DNA of 32,000 nucleotides from an uncultured Opitutales bacterium (GTDB lineage Bacteria; Verrucomicrobiota; Verrucomicrobiia; Opitutales; UBA9783): NCBI GenBank assembly GCA_934691225.1, contig CAKUSQ010000001.1, positions 1 to 32,000 of the forward strand, read 5' to 3'. Shown piece by piece: positions 24,559 to 32,000 of this stretch (position 1 is its first letter; each line of letters starts with the position of its first letter). The notes under the pieces were generated by a model. It saw only the letters and a program-made list of their open reading frames with translations, ran no database searches and was not told where the DNA came from. The position numbers and the translations under genes were made by a program.

Positions 24559-26277
24559 ATGGAAGCCATCGCTCAAGAAAATCTAGAAGTGCCATTACCT
24601 AAAGAAGAACCTGCCGTTAAAAAAACGAAAGTCCGACGTCCCAGAAAGGCAACTGTTAAAAAAGTAGAAGAAGCTACAGAGACTGAAAAAATAGCTTCAA
24701 CTAAAACAGCAAATGAAACCACCACAAGTACACCATCTGCCGAAGCTGTAAAAGTTTCTGATGATAAAGCAAAACCCACTGCAACCATTAAGGAAAGCAG
24801 TGAAAAAGCAAATTTTCGACGTCAACCGGCAAAAAATACTTTTAAAAATCAAAACAATAATAAGTTCAGTAACAGTACAAATACCGCTGCATGCCCACCT
24901 AATTTACAACGTTATCGATGGTGGATGGGGCAGTTACATCAATGGAAAAACATCGGGGATATGACTTCACTCAACAATTTAGTTAATGAAGTCACTGATC
25001 CTACCCTATCTCCATTTATTTTAAATGAATGGTACGATAAATCGCTCGAGGATTTATTAAAAGATATCCCTGAAGAATCGCAAATAGCTTCACTCACCCG
25101 TCAAGGAATTTTGCGCGAAAAGATGCGTACCTCCAGTGAAAAGAAACAGCCTATTTATGCAGAAGGTGTTATCGCAAAAGTTCAAAACACCGATGAATGG
25201 TCCATATGTTACGCTTTCGATAATTATCAATTAAGAGAATTAAGCGCTTACTTGCCCAAAACGCTAGTTAAAAAGTACGGCCTCCGCCCAGGACAAACGA
25301 TAAATGGTCAGCTTTTTGTTTCACCAACGCATATGCAATGCCCCTGTGTGATAAAAATCAACACTGTAATGGACAAATCTCCAGAAGATATGCGAACTAT
25401 TGCTCACTTTAAAGAGCTTGTGCCTTACTACCCCACACAGCGCATTTTATTGGAAACACATCCTGCTAAAGGTTGGGACAATAATGCCATGCGTATTGTA
25501 GACATATTAACACCTATCGGATTTGGACAACGTGGACTTATTGTTGCACCTCCTCGGACAGGTAAAACAGTTTTATTACAAAATATTGCGCACTCAATTG
25601 TTGAAAATCAACCTAAAGCTCATCTTATTGTATTGCTTATTGATGAGCGCCCTGAAGAGGTCACCGACTTTAAAAATTTGCTGCCTGGTATCGAAGTTAT
25701 TAGTTCTACCTTTGATGAAGCTCCAGAAAGTCACGTCCGTGCAGCCGAAGTTGTGATTGAAAAGGCTAAACGCTTGGTTGAAATCGGTGAAGATGTTATT
25801 ATTTTATTGGACTCCATTACACGTTTAGCTCGCGCTTATAATACGATTATACCTAGTTCAGGCAAAGTACTTTCAGGTGGTGTTGAAGCCAATGCATTAC
25901 AAGGCCCTAAAGCATTTTTCGGGGCAGCCCGCAACATAGAACAAGGTGGAAGCTTAACCATTCTTGCAACGGCACTTATTGATACAGGTAGCAAAATGGA
26001 TGAAGTCATCTTTGAAGAATTCAAAGGCACTGGCAACATGGAAATTCACCTGGATCGCAGTCTAATCGACAAACGAATTTTCCCAGCAATTAATATTGAG
26101 AAAAGTGGTACTCGGAAGGAAGAATTGCTATACCATCCAGATGAATTACTCAAAATTTATTCACTTCGTCGTGCTCTGAAAGGCGTTATTCCCTCTACAG
26201 ATGCTATGGAAATGTTGCTTGATAGGACCAAAAAAACGAACAATAATATCGAGTTTTTAATGTCAATTAATGCTTAA
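24559..26277 (+). CDS. rho: Transcription termination factor Rho with ~150-aa N-terminal low-complexity extension
   Basis: 572 aa. The C-terminal ~420 aa are collinear with canonical Rho: [64 protein letters not shown]. Residues 1-~150 are K/T/E/A/N-rich. Confidence 0.93.
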   Translation: MEAIAQENLEVPLPKEEPAVKKTKVRRPRKATVKKVEEATETEKIASTKTANETTTSTPSAEAVKVSDDKAKPTATIKESSEKANFRRQPAKNTFKNQNNNKFSNSTNTAACPPNLQRYRWWMGQLHQWKNIGDMTSLNNLVNEVTDPTLSPFILNEWYDKSLEDLLKDIPEESQIASLTRQGILREKMRTSSEKKQPIYAEGVIAKVQNTDEWSICYAFDNYQLRELSAYLPKTLVKKYGLRPGQTINGQLFVSPTHMQCPCVIKINTVMDKSPEDMRTIAHFKELVPYYPTQRILLETHPAKGWDNNAMRIVDILTPIGFGQRGLIVAPPRTGKTVLLQNIAHSIVENQPKAHLIVLLIDERPEEVTDFKNLLPGIEVISSTFDEAPESHVRAAEVVIEKAKRLVEIGEDVIILLDSITRLARAYNTIIPSSGKVLSGGVEANALQGPKAFFGAARNIEQGGSLTILATALIDTGSKMDEVIFEEFKGTGNMEIHLDRSLIDKRIFPAINIEKSGTRKEELLYHPDELLKIYSLRRALKGVIPSTDAMEMLLDRTKKTNNNIEFLMSINA

Positions 26278-26280
26278 ATT

Positions 26281-27804
26281 ATGAAAAAAAATTTTTACAT
26301 TACTACAGCTATCGATTACGTCAATGGGCAACCTCATCTAGGACATACGTATGAAAAAATTTTAGCAGACGCTATCGCAAGGTACCATCGATTAAAGGGA
26401 GAAAACGTTCATTTTCTTACCGGTGTCGATGAACATGGTCAAAAAATTCAACAGAAAGCGAATTTGTTAAACATTTCTCCAAAAGATTTTTGTGATCAAA
26501 TGAGCCAAAAATTTGTTGAATTAACACATTTATTGCACATAACAAATAACGATTTTGTAAGGACAACGCAAGAACGTCATACGCGCGTAGTTCAATGGGC
26601 ATTACAAACGCTTTTCGATAAAGGACTTATTTATAAGGCTGAATATAAAGGTTTTTACAGTGTAAAAGAAGAGCGTTTTTTATTGGAAAAAGATAAAGTA
26701 AATGGTGAATGGCCTAGCTTTTTTGGTGAAGTCAAAGAACTAATAGAATCTAACTACTTCTTTAAATTAAGTGCATATCAGGATTGGTTAATCGACTTCT
26801 TAAAGCAGCATGATAACTTTATTTTTCCACAAAATCGACAAAAACAAGTGCTTGAGTTTTTAAAAGAACCTCTGAATGACTTGTGTATATCACGTCCTAT
26901 TGAGCGTTTAAGCTGGGGCATTCCCCTACCCTTTGATCCGCAATTTGTCACTTATGTTTGGTTTGATGCTCTCTTAAATTATATTTCTGTAGTTGGAGTT
27001 AATGAAGATAAGTTCGAAAATTATTGGCCTGCTGATTTACATGTAATTGGCAAAGATATTTTGGTACCTTCACATGCTGTGTACTGGCCTATCATGCTTA
27101 AAGCATTAGATTTGCCTATGCCTAAGCACATCTTAGCGCACGGTTGGTGGTTAACTTCGGGTGAAAAAATGTCTAAAAGTTTAGGTAATTCTTTTGACTT
27201 ATTCGACTGGCTCAATGCGCACGGTATTGATGCCGTACGTTACTTCATCCTACGAGAAATGATTACAGGACAAGATTGCGAGTTTTCAATTGAAAATTTC
27301 CAAAATCGTTACAACAACGAATTAGCTAACGATTGGGGCAATTTAATTAGCAGAACATTTAACATGGTTCAACGTTACTGTGATGCCACCGTACCAACAC
27401 CTTCCTTCGATGAATCCCATACATTAAAGCAAACATGGGAATCTACGTATAGCGATGTTTGCCATGAATTTGATCGTTACCAGTTTTCACAAGGATTAGA
27501 AAAATTATTTAAATTTATTCGCGAACTCAATCGTTTTATCGAAAATAAAGCTCCGTGGAAATTAGCTAAAAATAACGATGAAGAAAGCACACTTGAATTG
27601 AAAAACACACTTGCTTACCTTATGGAAGGTATCCGTTTATCGGCGCAAATGCTTCAAATTATCATTCCAGAAAGCAGTGAAAAAATTCTTAAAATCCTCG
27701 GAATTTATGGTAAAGAACCTGATTTCATTTGGAATCCAGCGATTTTATCAGGCGTAAAATTAACCGAAAAACCTGTGTTATTCCCAAAAACAATAACACA
27801 ATAA
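26281..27804 (+). CDS. metG: Methionyl-tRNA synthetase (short form, no C-terminal tRNA-binding appendix)
   Basis: 507 aa. HIGH-type motif in YVNGQPHLGHTYE; KMSKS as GEKMSKSLGN. It starts 3 nt after the rho stop. Confidence 0.93.
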   Translation: MKKNFYITTAIDYVNGQPHLGHTYEKILADAIARYHRLKGENVHFLTGVDEHGQKIQQKANLLNISPKDFCDQMSQKFVELTHLLHITNNDFVRTTQERHTRVVQWALQTLFDKGLIYKAEYKGFYSVKEERFLLEKDKVNGEWPSFFGEVKELIESNYFFKLSAYQDWLIDFLKQHDNFIFPQNRQKQVLEFLKEPLNDLCISRPIERLSWGIPLPFDPQFVTYVWFDALLNYISVVGVNEDKFENYWPADLHVIGKDILVPSHAVYWPIMLKALDLPMPKHILAHGWWLTSGEKMSKSLGNSFDLFDWLNAHGIDAVRYFILREMITGQDCEFSIENFQNRYNNELANDWGNLISRTFNMVQRYCDATVPTPSFDESHTLKQTWESTYSDVCHEFDRYQFSQGLEKLFKFIRELNRFIENKAPWKLAKNNDEESTLELKNTLAYLMEGIRLSAQMLQIIIPESSEKILKILGIYGKEPDFIWNPAILSGVKLTEKPVLFPKTITQ

Positions 27805-27816
27805 ATGAATGAATAG

Positions 27817-27847
27817 CTCAAACAATGAAAAATACACATTGTTTGGG
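27817..27847. terminator. Bidirectional stem-loop between convergent metG and tgt
   Basis: CTCAAACAATG (27817-27827) pairs with CATTGTTTGGG (27837-27847). This is an 11-bp stem with one G-U and a 9-nt loop, followed by TTATTTATAATT on the plus strand. Confidence 0.6.
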
Positions 27848-27857
27848 TTATTTATAA

Positions 27858-29045
27858 TTAATAACAATGCTGTTTATAAAACTCTGCCCAATGACCATCC
27901 AAGATAACTTTACGAATAGCTTCCATCCATCGAACCATAAAACGGGCATTGTGGATTGTAAGCAGCAATCCACCTGTATTTTCCTTTGCCTTAAATAAAT
28001 GATGCAAATAAGAACGGGTAAAATTACGACAGGTATAACAATCGCATTGATCATCAATAGGACGCAAATCTTCCCGATAAATTCGGTTCTTTAGATTAAT
28101 ATGTTCCTTGGCAAATTCGGCTTCCGGTTTTTCAATAAGTGCACACCCATGACGTGCAATTCGGGTTGGATGCACACAATCAAATGTATCCACACCTGAC
28201 TGTACACCTTCTAAAATATCACGCAAACCTCCAATTCCTAAAAGATGTGTTGGTCGAGATTTTGAAAGATAACGCATGGTAAAATCTACTACCTCATACA
28301 TCTGCTGTTTTTCTCCACCTAAACTACCACCGATAGCTTGTGCAAAAAATGGTTGCGAATTAACAAAATCAATGCTTTCACGCCGCAAATCCTCATAAAC
28401 TCCTCCCTGAACGATGCCATACATACGTTGCTGATTATTAAACGTAGAAAAAAATTGACGAACACTACGTTCTTCCCAACGATGACTTCGAGACATAGAA
28501 GCCGCTGCCTGCTCTTTTTTCATATGAAAAGGTGTACATTCATCCAAAGGAAGAATAAAATCTGCACCCAATTTTTGCTGTATTTGCACAGAACGTTCAG
28601 GGCTTAAAAAACACAAACTTCCATCTAAATATGAACGAAAAAAAGCCCCATCTTCTGTAATTTTTAATAAAGATCGAGGGCGCGATGAACGATCTTTTTT
28701 ACCTTTAATCTCATCAACGACACCTCCATAACCTAAACTAAAAATTTGAAAACCTCCTGAATCCGTCAACATAGGTCCTTGCCAACCTGTAAATCGCTGC
28801 AATCCTCCATGTTTTTCAACCACATCAGGCCCTGGTTGCAACCACAAATGATACGTATTTCCCAATACAAATTGAGCACCTGTAGCCTTTATTTGCTCCA
28901 TCGTAGCCCCTTTAATAGCTCCATGTGTTGCACAAAAAATAAAATTAGGCGTCTCAATAGCTCCATGCGGTGTACTTATCAATGCACAATGCGCACGTTC
29001 ATTGTTTTTCTGAGCTGTAATGGTATAAGAGAAGCTATCTGTCAT
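27858..29045 (-). CDS. tgt: Queuine tRNA-ribosyltransferase
   Basis: Tgt blocks LGNTYHL, TDSGGFQ, LDEC, GLGIGG-like LLGIGG, and the zinc site CDCYTCRNFTRSYLHHL. The track ORF starts at TTG 29054. The first ATG is at 29045 (MTDSFSY…), and I favour it weakly. Confidence 0.92.
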   Translation of the reverse strand: MTDSFSYTITAQKNNERAHCALISTPHGAIETPNFIFCATHGAIKGATMEQIKATGAQFVLGNTYHLWLQPGPDVVEKHGGLQRFTGWQGPMLTDSGGFQIFSLGYGGVVDEIKGKKDRSSRPRSLLKITEDGAFFRSYLDGSLCFLSPERSVQIQQKLGADFILPLDECTPFHMKKEQAAASMSRSHRWEERSVRQFFSTFNNQQRMYGIVQGGVYEDLRRESIDFVNSQPFFAQAIGGSLGGEKQQMYEVVDFTMRYLSKSRPTHLLGIGGLRDILEGVQSGVDTFDCVHPTRIARHGCALIEKPEAEFAKEHINLKNRIYREDLRPIDDQCDCYTCRNFTRSYLHHLFKAKENTGGLLLTIHNARFMVRWMEAIRKVILDGHWAEFYKQHCY

Positions 29046-29116
29046 TTTCTTCAAGCAATTATTGGTAAAAACATATCATAAAGCAAGACAAAACTCAAAC
29101 TCACCGCATCAATCGA

Positions 29117-30934
29117 TTAAACAACATCTGCGCTTTCTAGCCATTCATTTTCTAACACCTGTAGTTGTTGACAACAAGCCTCAAATTGTTTGTATGTTTC
29201 TAATGTATAATTCTGTGACAGTTCGGCCTCAAGTATTTGTTTTTTCTGTTCAAGCTCAGCAATTGCGCGCTCTATTTTTTCTAAATGTTTTTGTTTTTTT
29301 TGTAAAAGCTTAAGCTCAGAACCTTTAAATTTTTTAGCAGTATTTTTTTCTAAAACATCCTGTGAAGGACATCTTTTAATCATCAACGAATTTTTATAAT
29401 CCTCAATAGAACCTTGAAAAACTTTGCAGGTACCTTCTTCCACCACCCAAAATTGATCACATACCTGGGACAAAGTAAAAAAATCATGCGTAATCAAAAT
29501 AACTGAGCCTGTATAAACGCGAAGACCTTCAATCAATGCCTCACGAGCTTCCATATCTAAATGGTTAGTAGGTTCATCAAAAATCATTAAATGTGGCGTT
29601 TCAAGTGAATTTAAGGCAAAAAGGACTCTGGATTTCTCACCTCCCGACAACTGTTCGATTTTAGATTGACTACGTGCCTGTATAATACCAAATCTAGCTA
29701 AAAAAGAACGCACCTGTGTTTCTGTCCAATCGCTTTTTCTCTCTAAAATCATTTCAAGTGCTGTCTTTTGCGGATCTAATTCATCGGTCTGCTGCTGAGA
29801 AAAATAAGCAATCTTACAATTCTTAGCATACGCCAGACTACCTTCCTTAGGTACCAAACGCCCAGCAAATAGTTTAGCTAAAGTTGATTTCCCGCTTCCA
29901 TTTATTCCTAACAACGCAATGCGATCTCCTTTATCAACATTTAAGGTAACATGTTTAACCACACAATGATTACCATACCCTACAGAAACATCCTTACAAC
30001 AGATTAAACGTTTATCGACTTCTGGGAACGGTTGCGGAAAGTCAAATTGCACGCGATAATCTTCCTTAACAAACGTTGGAATCTCCATACGTTCTAACAT
30101 TTTCACACGACATTGCGCCTGTTTTGCTTTGGTTGCTTTAGCCCCAAATCTATCTACAAATGATTGTAAATGATCTCTCAATTTTTCTTGATTTTCAATG
30201 GTTTTTAGCAACGCTTTTTCTTGAATATCGCGTGTAGAAACATAGGTGTCATAATTTCCCTTAAATAAGTGCAACTTTCCATGGTAAATGCTCACGATAT
30301 GATCACAAACCGTATTCAAAAAATGTTTTTCATGCGAAATAATAAGTACTGTTTTTCGAAGTCCAACAATATAATTTTCTAACCATATAGAAGTTTTCAA
30401 ATCAAGGTGATTCGTTGGTTCATCCAATAATAAATATTCTGATGGTGCAAATAATGCAGCGGCTAAAGAAGCTCGTATCCGCCATCCTCCAGAAAATTCA
30501 CTTAAAGGTCGTTCAAAATCTTTCTGGGAAAAACCAAGTCCTGACAAAATACTTGCTGCACGTGCAACAGCAGTCGGACCCCCTTTAGCATTATATAACG
30601 CATAAATTTCCGACATATCTACATTTTCATCCAAACTATTTTCAATTTTGTTCTTTAAATGCATTAATTCGTAATCTGCACTTAAAACAAAATCCAATAA
30701 TCGCGTCTGAACTTCTTTTATTTCTTGCTGCACATGAACCCATCTTGCACCTGATTTATAGAGAATATTACCTGCATCAGGTTCTAACATCTTTAATATT
30801 AATCGAAACAAAGTTGTTTTTCCACAACCATTAGGACCTACCAAACCAATTTTCCCTTCAGGAATTACAAGCGATGCCTGATCAAATAATACGCGCGCTC
30901 CTATACGATAGGTTAAGTTTTGAATTTCGATCAT
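29117..30934 (-). CDS. ABC-F family ATPase (Uup/YheS-like translation-associated ABC protein)
   Basis: 605 aa. Two ABC cassettes (GPNGCGKTT / LSGGWRIR / LLLDEPTNHLD and GINGSGKST / LSGGEKSR / MIFDEPTNHLD). No TM domain. C-terminal coiled coil. Confidence 0.9.
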   Translation of the reverse strand: MIEIQNLTYRIGARVLFDQASLVIPEGKIGLVGPNGCGKTTLFRLILKMLEPDAGNILYKSGARWVHVQQEIKEVQTRLLDFVLSADYELMHLKNKIENSLDENVDMSEIYALYNAKGGPTAVARAASILSGLGFSQKDFERPLSEFSGGWRIRASLAAALFAPSEYLLLDEPTNHLDLKTSIWLENYIVGLRKTVLIISHEKHFLNTVCDHIVSIYHGKLHLFKGNYDTYVSTRDIQEKALLKTIENQEKLRDHLQSFVDRFGAKATKAKQAQCRVKMLERMEIPTFVKEDYRVQFDFPQPFPEVDKRLICCKDVSVGYGNHCVVKHVTLNVDKGDRIALLGINGSGKSTLAKLFAGRLVPKEGSLAYAKNCKIAYFSQQQTDELDPQKTALEMILERKSDWTETQVRSFLARFGIIQARSQSKIEQLSGGEKSRVLFALNSLETPHLMIFDEPTNHLDMEAREALIEGLRVYTGSVILITHDFFTLSQVCDQFWVVEEGTCKVFQGSIEDYKNSLMIKRCPSQDVLEKNTAKKFKGSELKLLQKKQKHLEKIERAIAELEQKKQILEAELSQNYTLETYKQFEACCQQLQVLENEWLESADVV

Positions 30935-31012
30935 AACCTTTATAAAAACAAAGGTTTAATTTTTTACAAGAGAAAATCGTAATTAGAACAAATTTAAAAA
31001 ATTTGTAAATTA

Positions 31013-31783
31013 TTAACTGTAATATCTAATAACCAAACGTTCAACAGGAGCAAACAAAAGATATTCTATGCTCCATCCTAATAAAACTAAAATAAATATA
31101 GTACCCACAACTTGATCCATAGCTTGCATTTCACGACCATAATGAAGCAACTGACCTAAACCAAGTCCACCGATTACACTGATATAAATTTCTGCTGAAA
31201 GTAAAGATCGCCATGCAAATGCCCAACATTGCCGCATTGCACTCATGGTTAATGGAAATGCCGCTGGTATGATCACCGTTCTCCATAAGGTAATACCTCT
31301 TGAGCCCATAGTACGAGCAGCTTTAATAAAAACGCGAGGAACCAATTGAATGCTTTTGGATGTACTTATAATCAATCCCCAAATGGACCCCATACAAATT
31401 ACAAAAATAATCGCTATATCCGTTTGTCCAAACCACAACAAAGCCAAGGGTACCCAACAAACACTTGGCAATGTTTGCAAACCCAAAGCAATTTTCCCAA
31501 TAGTGCATCCCAGCTGCCTAATAACGTAACACAATACACCTAATAAAATGCCTATAAAAACGCTCAATACATAACCTATAATAAGACGTTTCATACTGAT
31601 TCCTATTGCATGCCACAATGTGCAATCTTTAAAAAAACCATTGTAAAAAAACGAAACTATTTGGGTAGGACTTGGGAAAAAGAGATCAGAATACCAACCT
31701 AAATCAAAAGAAATTTGCCAAAAACATACTAAACAAACCCCATAAAATATAGAAGATTGCGTGACTTTCCTAAAGAAATTCAT
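31013..31783 (-). CDS. ABC transporter permease (NitT/TauT - SsuC/TauC-like family)
   Basis: 256 aa with 6 TM segments and a BPD-transporter EAA-like loop (FIKAARTMGSRGITLWRTVIIPAAFP). ATGA overlap with the upstream ATPase gene. Confidence 0.8.
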   Translation of the reverse strand: MNFFRKVTQSSIFYGVCLVCFWQISFDLGWYSDLFFPSPTQIVSFFYNGFFKDCTLWHAIGISMKRLIIGYVLSVFIGILLGVLCYVIRQLGCTIGKIALGLQTLPSVCWVPLALLWFGQTDIAIIFVICMGSIWGLIISTSKSIQLVPRVFIKAARTMGSRGITLWRTVIIPAAFPLTMSAMRQCWAFAWRSLLSAEIYISVIGGLGLGQLLHYGREMQAMDQVVGTIFILVLLGWSIEYLLFAPVERLVIRYYS

Positions 31784-32000
31784 AGTAAAACACTTTCCTG
31801 ACGAAATATGGAAACAATCTCATTTGATAATGCAGAAACTTCTGGAGCATGAACATATCTAGGGAAAGGTAAATGTACATCAACTTCTTTAAGAATATGC
31901 CCAGGAGATGCTGAAAATACAATAACTTTTTGAGATAAAGTAACCGCTTCACGCACATTGTGTGTAACTAACAAAACTGTTTTTTTACTTTTTAACCAAA
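31780..32000 (-). CDS. ABC transporter ATP-binding protein, C-terminal part (partial, continues beyond right edge)
   Basis: The reverse frame stays open to the window edge and reads …WLKSKKTVLLVTHNVREAVTLSQKVIVFSASPG…. This is the post-Walker-B/H-loop region (VTHNVxEA) of SsuB/TauB-type ATPases. The track shows only the part from an internal TTG. Confidence 0.8.
   Translation of the reverse strand, partial: WLKSKKTVLLVTHNVREAVTLSQKVIVFSASPGHILKEVDVHLPFPRYVHAPEVSALSNEIVSIFRQESVLL

Noticed and set aside
24573-25756. ORFs overlapping rho (24573..24788 -, 24761..24964 +, 25523..25756 +, 25836..26039 -)
   Set aside because: They fall within the continuous Rho frame. I considered 24573..24788(-), antisense to the low-complexity extension, because that region is the least constrained, but it has no start context or motifs.
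30988-31006. AT-only palindrome ACAAATTT-aaa-AAATTTGT just after the permease stop, as a terminator
   Set aside because: The 8-bp stem is almost entirely A/T, so stability is very low, and no U-run follows on the minus strand. It is probably a chance palindrome in AT-rich spacer.
1-32000. Search for tRNA, rRNA, CRISPR repeats, IS elements or integrases, and alternative genetic code
   Set aside because: All intergenic gaps are about 150 nt or shorter and show no cloverleaf-compatible or repeat-spacer structure. No transposase- or integrase-like ORF is present. All conserved genes read through cleanly under the standard bacterial code.

Overview
AT-rich, densely packed bacterial chromosomal segment with about 26 protein-coding genes. 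Most are core housekeeping: leuS (5' part, runs off the left edge), an aromatic amino-acid permease, clpB, an lptF/G-family permease, mutL, a dapF-like gene, mreB-mreC-mreD, a Kef-type antiporter, a DUF374 acyltransferase-like gene, mutS, gap, ffh, pgpA, an MBL-fold hydrolase, rho, metG, tgt, an ABC-F ATPase, and an ABC importer permease plus ATPase (runs off the right edge). Several gene junctions are 4-nt ATGA start/stop overlaps. I saw no rRNA, tRNA, CRISPR array, transposase or integrase. The standout is a small accessory islet at about 5.34-8.84 kb, between clpB and the lptF/G-family gene. It holds a 585-aa protein whose C-terminal two thirds look like an IpgD/SopB-type phosphoinositide phosphatase, with an exact NCKSGKDRTG CX5R P-loop 100 residues from the C-terminus. 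Next to it sits a tandem paralog that keeps only the novel N-terminal ~185 residues and then jumps, out of frame, into the duplicated 3' end and 3' UTR. A membrane-anchored HAD-like (DxDxT) protein follows. This is the signature of a host-targeting effector locus in a host-associated bacterium. Three secondary oddities occur in housekeeping genes. The DapF ortholog has Ser at both catalytic Cys positions. MutL has both endonuclease metal-site motifs degenerated. Rho carries a ~150-aa low-complexity N-terminal extension. Taxonomy cannot be fixed from sequence alone. All homology statements rest on my recollection of family motifs and need database confirmation.
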